Part shown: positions 9,019 to 20,000 of the stretch, in pieces
Layout: each line of letters begins with the position of its first letter
Numbering within the stretch: position 1 is the stretch's first letter
Assembly: GCA_000934665.2 (NCBI GenBank)
Contig: JYFJ02000399.1
Coordinates: forward strand, 114,256-134,255
DNA length: 20,000 nt
Direction of reading: 5' to 3'
DNA from: Catajapyx aquilonaris
Taxonomy: Eukaryota
Notes under the pieces: model-generated
Seen by the model: the letters and a program-made list of their open reading frames with translations, nothing else
Told to the model about the DNA's origin: nothing
The model's database searches: none
Position numbers and translations under genes: made by a program

Positions 9019-11340
9019 TTAATAATAGAGTCGGTTTAATGCAAACGACTATGCAAATCCCATGTGATCTCTAATGCACCATATATAACAATAATGCCCA
9101 CCAAAATATTAATTATTCATAAAGTACTGTGCATACCCTATAAGTTTTAAAAACCCGGTTTTAAAATCTCGGATATTATCAACTTTGGTGTCCTGACGTC
9201 ACTCTGAGAGATCCAGTGGCATTCAAGGGCAGCTTTAAGCCAATAACCGGTTGGAGAGACGCGACTTATCTTCCAACCCATGATGTTACACGTGCCTTGA
9301 AGCGCGTTTAATAAGTCATGTAGCTAATGCAACGCAATTTGTTGGCGCAAAAGACGAACTCAGCTCATGGCTCAAATTTCGAGTAATCTGCTAAATTCGT
9401 AAAGGCATGATACTTCAGCCGTGCTAATTAGAACGCATTTCGTGCCTAATTCCTTTTACTCTCCATTTCCCTTAAATCCGCACATCTCTCATCATCTGCC
9501 TAGTCTTTTCCTATGGACTTGAAGAAAAAAAATTGCCTAAAAAAATAACATGGTGAGTCCAAGGAACGCGACGTAACTTGCGGAAAGCAATGCGAATCGC
9601 CCTTTTATGTCGCCATTAATTAAATTCCTGGAAGGAATTCCCTCAGCGTCATTGACGACGTCTCTTCCTCTCTCTCTTTTTTTTAAAAAAAAACCTCAGC
9701 CCCTTATCAACTTTACCATTCATTAAGAACAATGTCGTGGAGCTTGCAAAAATATTGGAAAAGTCCAACTTTATTCCATCACATATTCGCCAAAAAATGC
9801 ACAAAAAAATACTTTTCTCCAGTTCAAAAAAAAAGGATGACTCCTTGAAACCGGATACTAAAAGACAAGTGAAAACCGACACTTTCTCTAAGCCTTTTTT
9901 TTCGGCGGTGACTTTAATTGGAGCTAAAAGCGCAGCATCAGAACTGAAGATGATGGGATACTTTTGTCATGCGGGACCGTCGCGCAATGGCTTTGCCTGA
10001 GGGGACCAAACTGCGAAAATCCATTTACATTGCTTCAATGATGGAATAAACCTGCTTTTAGAGAAGAGAGAGAAAGGTCTCTGGAGAGGTCTAAGGTGAC
10101 TCTTGGATTTTGGAGCTTTCTACACAATCCGCCTTGTATCGTTTGACGATTTGCTTTTTTTTTGGCAAAGGGAACCGCCCTTGCTTGCACGGTCGGTCAG
10201 TTACAATTTAGCATGCCATTGTTGGAGACGAGATTCAATTCCTGTGCAGTGAACACGGGGGCCTCTACTGTGCGAATTTGCCGGGTTGAACTGATAGTTC
10301 TATAGAAATGCATGAACTCCAACTGATATGTCCAATTAATTTTTACTAAATATCATTGTAGCAAAAACGAACCCCATTTATTTCTCTAAATATTACCTAT
10401 TGCTCATAACCCAAAAATAATTTCAAGGGCAATTGGAGGTAATAATAGTGTGACAAAATTTCTTTGAAAAAATATGGTAACTAGTTTTGTATCACCAGAA
10501 ACATTCACAACACATAAGGGTTCTGCTGTAAGATTCGCAAGAGGTTCAAAATCCAACAGGTTGCTAACAATGTCTGACAATCGCCTGGATCCATTCAGAT
10601 CCACATTCCCATATCCCAGTGCTCTAAAACGTCACATATATCACCAAAGGTGCTATATCTTTTCTGTCACACCAGAATAGAGAAAACCAGAATGATATAT
10701 TGGATAATGTGTGTGGTTGAATAGGGTTGCACACACACACACAAAAAAGATAAATAAATCCGACAACTGGAAAATGCAGGCGAAGACTTATCCGGAGGCT
10801 CCTCCATCCTATTTATCGGCTCCAATTGAATGGGCAATTTTTCTTCCTTCAGCCCGAATCTCGCTAGAATCGTCAGCATTTCTTTTCACCCTTTTCTTCT
10901 TCGGCTCCTGTCCTCTTTTTTTCCCTGTAAGAGCAAGCTGAAGAAACACTGGAGAAATAAATAGACGTCGTATATAAAACGGGCAGGGGAGAATTCAGTC
11001 GCGATGTAATGAAATCGATAGAAGATACTGTGAGAAAACAAAGTTCCCTGATGCAACTCTATCTGTCTTTCGATTCTCTGCATTCAAAAAATATATGGCC
11101 AAATACTACGTTAATCTAACGAATTTTGTGCCACAATGTATTTTATGTCGTACGGAAACTTTGTGCATCAACTTCCCCATGTTTCAAATGTGACCCCGGA
11201 CATGTGTATATCGAACGATCCGAAAATCTAAAAATATTCTCCTTTCACATATCTCTTTCCCTCCAAAGCAATCCTGATCCCTAATCCTCCAGTTTCCGCA
11301 CCACCCACACTGATATTGGACCAAAATGAGAATCAATTCC

Positions 11341-11381
11341 AAAAAAAAAACAAAAAACAAAAAAACAAAAAAAAAAAAAAA
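11341..11381 (+). repeat. A-rich low-complexity tract (AnC)n
   Basis: About 41 bp of A runs interrupted by three single C. Confidence 0.9.
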
Positions 11382-11722
11382 GTGCAAGGAAGATTCCAAT
11401 ACAAACCGTTGAGATAGCTGGAGCCAGAGTATAGAACCAAGTCTAGAGCCCCCTTCGAATCTCACTGGACCTTGCGCTTCCAAAAGCAGCACTTTCCCCC
11501 TTTGAAATTGCTTGTCACAGCAAGAAGGGTGTGGCTGGATTCATTCGTGGTACGCCTTCCCCCCCAAAAAAGAGGACAAAAGAACAAGGCCCTTGGATGT
11601 TGGGGATGAAAAGTTTACTTCCCATAGAAAACTTTCTCACACACTCAAGTTTTCATAATCAGGCACACAAAAGGAGCTAATTTAATTTAATTAACGCGGA
11701 TCCCTGCTAATCTATGCAAATA

Positions 11723-11916
11723 TCGATAATATTAAAATCATGTTCATGTATGGTTATGTCCGCCATATAGTGTTATCTTCCGATTGTCCCCCGTTCTGCG
11801 CAGGCGCAATGGGGGCGGAGGCAGCGCCTCTGGTGGGTGGGCTGTCTGCCGGAGGGTCTACATCGCTCTCTCTCTCCCCACCCCGCACCCAGTGAGCGAA
11901 GCCAGGGTTTTCCTAG
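11723..11916 (+). mobile_element. Non-autonomous Helitron (copy B), ~194 bp
   Basis: A|TC start with an AT-rich 5' end (tcgataatattaaaatcat), imperfect subterminal hairpin ccc...gcgaagc..ggg (11888-11907), CTAG|T end (11913-11917), no target duplication. Homologous blocks at 2287-2390. Confidence 0.7.
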
Positions 11917-13300
11917 TTGTCAACATATTCTCACTGCACAATTTTGCCAATAAATACTGCTGCATTTTCTTGTTTTCAATTGAACTGCAGTTAATTACAC
12001 CTTATCCACCCAGCAGGTGTGTCGCAGGCAATAAACACAGAGGAAACATCACTCCTGGCATGAATTGATGTCCTAATCAATCTTCCAATTAGAGTGTCGG
12101 AGTTAATGGACCGAAAGGTCACCCTTAATTTCCTTGCTTGATCCCCTCTCGCCCAAAAACCTACTTTTCCGCCTCTATTTGTAGCCCTCTCCCAAAATGA
12201 CGATTAGTTATAACCCGACTAATGCTTTCCAATTCCATCGCATTATGGAGGGGGTTCCCGAAAAAAAAAGTCGGGTTTCCAACAATAGTCCTCGTGAGAT
12301 CCAAATTTAATTCGCGAAAAAAAATAGGAGAGGAACAATCTTTTGGCGCCAGGAATCAGAGCACCGCCATTCCAGGTCAAAGCACGAGCTAATTAACTCC
12401 AATGCGTGCAAAAGCCAATCAACATTCCATATTTACGCCAGGGCACTAATCAGGATTGGTAGGGGGAGATATATGTAATAAAAAAATGCAATTACCAATC
12501 CCGATCTCTCTTTCATTCACCTCCCCTAGAATTATTTCTTTCTCCTCCCGGCTAAATCAATCCGTCTCACTCCAAACCACTCCCATCAATCCAGCAACTT
12601 TGCCAGGTCCGGATTGGTTGGGAGGTCACTTATCTCAATAACCAACTGACAAGTGATGATAGGCATGAACAAAAAGGGGACAGAAATGAGATCAAAAAAA
12701 TGTGGAGTGTCTCAGCCAAAAAGGGAACAAGTGCACTCAATATTGAAACGTAGTATTCGTGCTTGGAAAATGCGATTTCACAGCTAAAGTACTATCTCAC
12801 AAATCTCACAAAAGAAAAGGTATCGCTGCATTGTCATTTAAAAATATATCTTAACCCCTTCGGCCCCAGCTATACCGCCATCGCCTAGTCAATCAATCAA
12901 GTAGCCTATATATAAACCCCCTATCCGACGAGGAGGATATAGGATGGAAAAGATTTCGCACTTCCCGAGGTCGTAGAGCGCTGGTCGAAGTTCCGTTGGA
13001 ATTTTTGCATCAGGTTTACCAATGCCAAAAATCCTCATCATCGCAAAATTTCCAGCCATTTTGGAGATGGCCAAAAGTCGACTTTTGCACGTGCCACCTT
13101 GCCCATCTGCTCGTCATTAAGCCTCCTCGCAAAGCGAGTTTTTGATAAACTTACATGTACTCTGAAGAAAAATAATATATTTTACCAATAATAACAGCTA
13201 TACTTACACGTTCACGCTCTACGCTATGTATGTGTTTGGAAAAAATTTCCCCATCTAGAAGTCCCTAAATTAATTTCCAAAATGATCACTGCAGAGTATA

Positions 13301-13526
13301 CCGTCAAACGGGGTGAGATTGTGCCACTTTTGGAGGTTTTTCTGGCAACCAGACCAGAGTAATTGATATATCAGAACGAATATTATCTGATATTATATAC
13401 AACATTGCTGCACATCTCACCTTGCAGATCATACATGAAAATAATTTTTATATACTGAGGGAGGGGAGATATAAATTCTTTTCCGTGTCACAATTTCACC
13501 CCGTCTAGTGGGGTGAGATTGGGCCA
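13301..13526 (+). mobile_element. Left end or remnant of a pogo/Tc1-mariner-like element with three copies of the terminal motif
   Basis: TA|ccgtcaaacggggtgagattgtgccac (13301-13327), inverted copy gtgtcacaatttcaccccgtct (13485-13506), then direct copy ggggtgagattgggcca (~13510-13526). No matching right end seen. Confidence 0.65.
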
Positions 13527-15463
13527 GCCTATTGCTGAAAAAATTTACTGGAAACGACAACTTCATAAAGGATGATACGTTGTGGAGAATCTTTCCCTTG
13601 TAGTAATAATCAGCTGCAGTCAGGAGGGGTTTATTCCCGAAATAGAGCGAAGAGCTTCTTATTAGTCTAATCTAATCGGAAGTGAGCTTACCTTACCGAC
13701 CTCCGAACTAATCAGAGCTTATCTTGCGCCTAATTGGAGCATAGAAGGACAGTCTATTTTGGCAATGCCAATTATTAGCCCCCAATTAAATGGCACTGAT
13801 TTTAATAATAAAAAACTTGATCAAATCCGCATTTAGGCTGTAACTCTTTAAGATTTCATAACATTCGACGAAAACATCAGTAGGTGGTAAAGTTATGAAT
13901 TGTTTACCTTTTCAACTAGTTTAAAGGGATGCAACCTGTTGGACGCAACTTGTCGAGGATCCTTTTGCTCTAAAGTTTAAACTATTCATAACTGGTTTTT
14001 CTATGCATCACGTGTAGTACGTGCTCGAATATTATTGCACTGCATATTTTGATCATTGTGGGTCATTTTCAGCTTATTGTAATCGACTTAAAGGCACCCT
14101 GCAGTGCCTAAATGAGCAAATAACAAAAACACATTTAATCTCATATAACCAATCACGTTTAATGTACGTGATGCATGACGCACAGTGTAACATATATTAT
14201 ATATATTTTCATAACCGGAATTTTGAATGACATATAGGTATGTGAAAGTTCAATCGGAAAATGCGCCTACTAATTCCTCTCTGCAAACTAAAAGCTGCTC
14301 GTGCCACCTGTCACATTTTGCAGCAATAGTTAATCAGCATGCTGATTTAACTCCTTATTGAAATCAAAGTTTCCTACCAAGAGTTGTCGCTTCCAGATGA
14401 CACACTCATTGCATCTGCAAAATCAGTAAACTAACTTTGAAGAAGCAGCTTCGCAGTTGAACTTATTATTGACATTCCGCCACCAAATGGCGTCATATTT
14501 CGGCCCTGAAAATAATATCGATTCTTACTTCAGATATTAGCAAATAATTGTCAGAATTTGGTAGGCAGTCATTCAGCCAGATCTTCTACGCATCATTTAT
14601 TTTTCATAGAGTACATCCAGCTATAGGCTACAATATCAGGTGCGACATGCAACAACCACGTTTGCGTCAGTAAAACATTGAAAAGGGCTCCAACCCACAC
14701 GATGATAATTATTCACAACGGAGTCCCACATAAATTGGTTAGCATTTCAAACTGATTTGCAGGAATCGACATGGAGCCTTTGGCAAGTGAGTCGTCACAG
14801 TGGTCGGAATGGAGGCTTGAAATGGAAGCTCGCAAAATAATCTGGACATATCTCCCACGCACCTGTCACCTGAGCTGGAAGCATTAAATCCGTAGTGACG
14901 CAGATTGCCTGCGTAATTGCATCCTAGGCCCCCACAACGAGGCTTTTACCAGACAGGGGATAGTGGGCCTCGAGCTTTTGTCTTTCACGCCAACCTACAA
15001 ACCGTGGTGATATAACCAGGTTCAAATAAAGGCTCGACACCTGGCCCTTCTATTCGGGCAGGCTTTTGTGCACATATTTCGACCTGTCCCTCAGTTCGAC
15101 AAGGATTTGGAAATTTGTCAGTGGCCGTGAATTTGGGGTAGGCCTAGTGAAACGGGTTACCGCATGATGAGTTTGGTGCTGCATAATTATTGCTAATACC
15201 ATGGGAACTGACCGTGCTGTGTGATGCATAGTAACTCATATAAGTACGAAACACTACGCAGTACGTTTCATACTCATTAAGAAAAATTTATACATGTCAT
15301 TACCTAACCTTTCATTTTTATAGTAGAGCTAGGCGGCCATCAATGTGACGAAAGAGAGAAGACCGTTATGCTTTTAGCCAGTAGGCAGAAGTCGTCGTGA
15401 ACATTTACATGATTTTCGATAGCTATCCTGTCACCTTGAGCCACATATTGGTAGCAAATACTG

Positions 15464-15497
15464 TACGCACTTGCCCCATATACGCACTTACCCTATA
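15464..15497. repeat. 17-bp tandem dimer, possibly a DNA transposon end
   Basis: tacgcacttgccccata followed directly by tacgcacttaccctata (2 mismatches). Confidence 0.75.
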
Positions 15498-16260
15498 TTA
15501 CTTTTATATTATTTCTAATTTTGTATCATTTATTTGTGCATTAATCTATTTTATTATCCGATAAGTATTTTATTTATTAAGTTATTGATAATTTTAAATG
15601 TCTCGCCCTACCAGTAAATTGTTCTGGTGCCATCCATAAATAATATTATTGTTGTTATTCTTGGATCAAACACATTTGGTGGAATATATAGGCTTTATAT
15701 CAAACACATACTGGACATATGCTGTTTCATAGTGATTCAGGACCTCTTCTGGAGTAGTAGTTTTGTAGTTACCCAGCTAATTAGCATTAATTAAAGAGTA
15801 GATAATACACATTCCCATGTGCAGTGCATGCAGCTACGACTCTTCCATTGCGTCTGTGACTACTCCGATGAGAATGCATGCAGTTCAAATTAAAATACAA
15901 AAAGCCCTACATGGCACCAAAAAAGAAATCCTATGGCTACGAACGCGCGAAATGGCAGTTCCAGTTCAAAAGTTTTCAGACACTAAAAAAGGGCCACTTT
16001 CTGTTGCACATGCCAAAACTTATTTCCCTCCACCTTTGTAAAGCAACCAGTTCAAAGCAAAATGCTGCTGCCCCTCGCTCGTAATGCTATAAACTTTCAA
16101 TAGCCACTTTTAATGCATATTCCGATACCGACCTGTGCGTCTGCAAAACAAAAGGCTGCAGTTGCAGTATTTTATCCTATATTGGCCCTATTATTAATTA
16201 ACGTCATCTTTTTTTTTTAACCAACCGATGCACAATTTTATTCTGTATATTCCTGTGCAG

Positions 16261-16403
16261 GCTCGACCATCCACATCCCCCTGCAGTACCTGCAGAACGA
16301 GAGTCGAGACGACTCTGGGTACGGAGGATCCCAGTACTCATCGGTACGTGGACCAGCCGGCAGAGGGAAGTGGAGGTCACCAGACATCGGTCACATCACC
16401 TGA
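16261..16403 (+). CDS. TkR99D: Tachykinin-like peptide receptor, probable terminal coding exon (distal C-tail)
   Basis: Strong acceptor ttcctgtgcag ending at 16260. The phase-1 join (g+gc=Gly) gives GSTIHIPLQYLQNESRDDSGYGGSQYSSVRGPAGRGKWRSPDIGHIT-TGA. The first 13 full codons all end in G/C and GC rises sharply relative to the intron. No recognisable homology, and intervening exons cannot be excluded. Confidence 0.75.
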
Positions 16404-16745
16404 CAAGACAGCCCGAGAAAGCCAGGAGACAACGCCACTCCAACCAGATTATCTTCTTCGCCACATCTGCAGCCTCCGCCACCAAATGCCCCGCACTTGT
16501 GGACTTGAAAATTATTCAGAAACGAAAACAAAAACAACAAAAACTTGTGTACAATTTTCTCTCCGGACCACCAGATAGAGCCACCAGTGGAAAAGAAGCC
16601 AAGGGGAATCTCACGCTTTTCTTTAACTGTAAAAAATTAATTATAATAATCTGCATTCCGCAAACTATACACATTTTCACTGGCGAGTTGTGTGGCTGGA
16701 TGATCTCAGATTCTGTAACATGTTTGGGACATTATTAAGGAAAGG

Positions 16746-16827
16746 TGGTGATGGGCAAGTGAGCGGTATGTTCTACAGATGGCAGCACAGGATTTGCTGC
16801 CATCTAGCGAGAACCAGCCCATCACTA
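16746..16827. repeat. 82-bp imperfect inverted repeat in the probable 3' UTR, possible hAT-like miniature element
   Basis: Outer tggtgatgggc / gcccatcacta and inner perfect 11-bp stem agatggcagca (16777-16787) / tgctgccatct (16795-16805). No convincing 8-bp target duplication. Confidence 0.55.
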
Positions 16828-17449
16828 AGATTAAGTATTTTTTGAAGGAAATTGTTACTACATTTACACTCTGCTCGCGACACTCGATGTTCTCGTAAAG
16901 TAATTTACACACAACGAGCTATTCATTGTGCTAAAATTACAGTTATGCTTTCAAGCTAATTACTTCTGGAGAAAAAAAAATTGGGTGAGATTCTGATTAC
17001 AGATTATTTTCATCAATGACGCAGGTCTTAACATCAGGAGGATTAGTAGTCCTTTTGGGAAATGAAGCACTACGCATTCATACAATGTTACGTAGTCACA
17101 GGACAACTAATTAAAAGGCATGTGACACGTCCCTACTGCTGTGGTACCCCGATTTGTTTTTTAAAAAACTGTTACATTTGCAGTATGCTCTCGTCGTACA
17201 TTAGTATTAACACTGACAATTATTTGGAATCGGAATTAGTGGGGGGAAAATGTTGGCTGCATATCCGCGCTGCTGTATGGCTTCAATTTTATAAAACAAA
17301 CAGCCCATGTCACGTAATGCATTTATCGGTGTTGAACAAAATGATTTCAATAATTCATTGGTTGAACTCTACAGGACGTTTTAATGCCATCAAATTTATA
17401 TTTTTTTAAAAACTAAGGGAAGAGGTGAATCTAAAATTGATACATACGG

Positions 17450-17455
17450 AATAAA
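17450..17455 (+). promoter_or_regulatory. Candidate polyadenylation signal AATAAA
   Basis: First AATAAA I noticed after the stop (~1 kb downstream). Others at ~18363 and ~18817. The hexamer is common in AT-rich DNA. Confidence 0.25.
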
Positions 17456-19859
17456 AATTTAAAACTTAACGGAAATCATTTCCCACGCACTACTTTGCCG
17501 CCTACATGAGTTATTTAAAATTCCAAATTAAAATCCGTAATATTAATTCAATATGAATTCCATAGCACATGAGTAGCTATCAACTTTTTAACAACTTCTG
17601 CAACAGTATAGGCGGAGTAGCATACACACACTTTACTGAACAAATTTGACTTTATAGGTGGAAACTCCCGCTGCATAATTTAAATGAGTATTGAGTATGC
17701 AGTACGTCCGTCCACACACAATGTGTAGATTCAAAACAGGTCGAATCCCCCCCTCCCACAATTATACGGTCCTTTTTACCACTCTGCAATGTCCAAAAAT
17801 ATTTATACTGTTTCGCGGATTTGGCAAATGAAACTGTACGGATATATTCGCAAAACCAAAGTATTCAAAAATGGCAACAGTTGTTTCAATGCTTTTGGTT
17901 AACATGCTATACCAATCCAATTTGCAAATTCAATTTGCTCGAGTTTTTTTTTGGCCAGTCGTCCACCGTATATGACTTTACGGGACCATCCAATTAACCT
18001 TCTGGTGCCCTTATTATTACCACTCTAACAATGAATATGGCCTGATGGTAGTCATATTATCGTGGATAATTTTTGTTCGATTCAAAGAGAGAGAGAGCTC
18101 TTTCCAATATTACTCTCCTTTTTTTATTGCTGCTGTAAACTAAGCCTTCCGTGCGCAAATCGCGATATCTATGGGGACGATATCCTTTAGAATATGATCA
18201 GCCCAAAAAGAATTTTATGACTTGTCCCCCCCCCCCNCCCCCCAATAACCAATGTATTTTCCTCCCTTCAAAAAAAAAATTGTTATAGCATATAGCGTGT
18301 GTCTGTGGAATCGAAACGATATTCACCGCACTTTCTGCACACTATCATCAATAGGCTTTACTAATAAAAAAAGAGAGTTGAGAGTGATTGTTGTGAACAA
18401 TACGTGTAAGGTCCATTCTTGCCAAGAAAATGTACAGGTGTTTGAGGCAGAGTACTCAAGTTAGCTTATTTTTGCACCTAACTAGTCCAACTGCTTCAGG
18501 CTTGCATAACACTGCCTAGGTTTTGCGCATGCTGATGGGTTTGGCACCAAAAATATGTGGCTGAAAATTTTCAAATTTTGCCTATAACCCACCAAAAAAA
18601 TGCAAAAAAATAGGCAGAAATTATTGGCTTTTATATATGTAAAAAAAATACAACAACCTTCAGACTTTTTTGTGTGCTGTGAATATTGTCAATTTAAAAA
18701 AAAAACAATCCGGTGTGCCAAAAAGTTTCTCATATATCATATGTACATAACAGAAGGTGAAATATATATATTCTCGTGACATACCACGAGACGTTTTGAA
18801 GAAAAAAAAATAAGTAAATAAATGTAGCTTGGTGTACTACTCTAATCCATCCACTTTTGCTTGCCACAATTTTTTCGACCTGTCCCAAGATGCTCCAGGG
18901 GGAAAAAGTCGCGTAGGCTAATCGACTATAAACTCGATAGACTTCAAAGGTAGAAATTTCTGGAAGTAAGCCTTTCCCCTCAGAAGTTTCCTTCTAGAAG
19001 AAACGTTGCGTTTGACTAAGTCCTTATTGGTTGCCATATGATTAATGGCTCGCCAACTTTATAAAAAAAACTAACTCAAAATGAGGGAAAAGTTGCGTCT
19101 TTGGCCTAGTATAATTTGGCATGAATTTTCTATTGATAGTGTGTACTTATAATCGCTTTATAGCACTGGACATAGCCTCACGGCTACATTATGCAAATTG
19201 GCTAAGCTGAATGTGACACTGTGAAAAGGGGATACAGTCACTGTGTCTCCCTAGGCCGTATCAGAAAGGATTGACTGAAAACCCGCGACTATAAACCGAC
19301 ATAACTTATGCAAATGTTTACGTCGATGTTAATATCGGTTGAAATCCTATCCCCGAATCAGACCGAAGCACACACGATTATTATGCAATTATGGCCAGAA
19401 AATTAGGCCGCATCCAATCATACATGTGATATTCGAAATTTGATGTATATTTTACTCATTTTAATGCCATGATTTACTCTAAACCCGACTCTTCTGGTGT
19501 GCATGTCCTCCAACATGTCCTACGCACTCACATTCTAGGATATACCAGCTTTTAAAACAATTCTAACCCGATGGCGCTTCCGGATAAAGTAGAAAGCAGC
19601 GCATTACACACGTATCCGGATAACTTCGTCATGGGAATTAAATTTCACAGGACCCCGCAGGGCGTGCTAAAAAAATGGAGAGGCTGCGTTGCTGGCATTG
19701 TTTTCCCCTCGCAGTGAATCTCCAACACACTGTGCACACCGTCAGAAGCATTGTTCATTAGAGAAGCTTTAAAAAAATGTGTCGCAATGGTTTCAGTAAT
19801 GTCAAGTTCAATGCGTCATCAAATATTAGACCTATTTGGCGTATGTAACTGGGAAGTCA

Positions 19860-19903
19860 AGCCTTGAACCCAATATAATATAGCCTTGAACCCATATATA
19901 TAT
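19860..19903. repeat. 22-bp tandem duplication
   Basis: agccttgaaccca at 19860-19872 and 19882-19894, each followed by a TA-rich run. Confidence 0.8.
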
Positions 19904-20000
19904 AACTTTTGCTTCGGAATAAGTGAAGATATTGAAGCAGAGCCATGCAGAGCTTGTCTGAGGCCCGGGGCAGGAGTCACGTTAGAGGCCCCTTCATATA

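Noticed and set aside
8514..9022. Near-identical ORFs on opposite strands (8514-8726 minus, 8702-9022 plus)
   Set aside because: A by-product of the palindromic transposon; no transposase or other recognisable motif.
11341..11381. A-rich tract as a SINE or retrocopy tail
   Set aside because: No recognisable pol III boxes or convincing target-site duplication.
12851..12870. TTAA-CCCCTT piggyBac-like terminus
   Set aside because: No matching inverted end found in the window.
14088..14108. TTAAAGGCACCCTGCAG Kolobok-like terminus
   Set aside because: No partner end seen; too short to call.
18226..18243. Poly-C run with an N at 18237
   Set aside because: Sequencing ambiguity in a homopolymer, not a biological signal.
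19948..20000. GC-rich hAT-like start (gaggcccggggca...gaggcccc)
   Set aside because: Cut off by the window edge; ends cannot be verified.
1..20000. CRISPR arrays, operons, tRNA/rRNA and the remaining short ORFs
   Set aside because: No regularly spaced repeats or RNA-gene signatures seen. The remaining ORFs are low-complexity intronic or UTR frames with no recognisable domains.

Overview
Eukaryotic (arthropod-like), AT-rich genomic window holding the 3' half of a + strand tachykinin receptor gene of the Drosophila TkR99D/DTKR type. Four coding exons splice in consistent phase: 1476-1626 (TM5/ICL3), 3802-3998 (TM6-TM7), 7363-7511 (helix 8 and C-tail; missed by the ORF track) and 16261-16403 (terminal exon). 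The 5' exons lie upstream of the window. The introns carry many small non-autonomous DNA transposons: two PIF/Harbinger-like MITEs (TAA), two Tc1/mariner-like MITEs (TA), a young 501-bp Kolobok/T2-like palindrome (TTAA), two related mini-Helitrons and a pogo-like end. Most interesting leads: (1) a UGA-C stop followed by a 34-codon coding-like in-frame extension (candidate stop-codon readthrough); (2) four long fold-back elements packed around the C-tail exon; (3) transposon-borne CRE/CCAAT/CTCF-like motifs; (4) an in-frame two-exon cassette flanked by complementary sequences. No prokaryotic features, CRISPR arrays or RNA genes were seen. All calls were made by eye without database searches.
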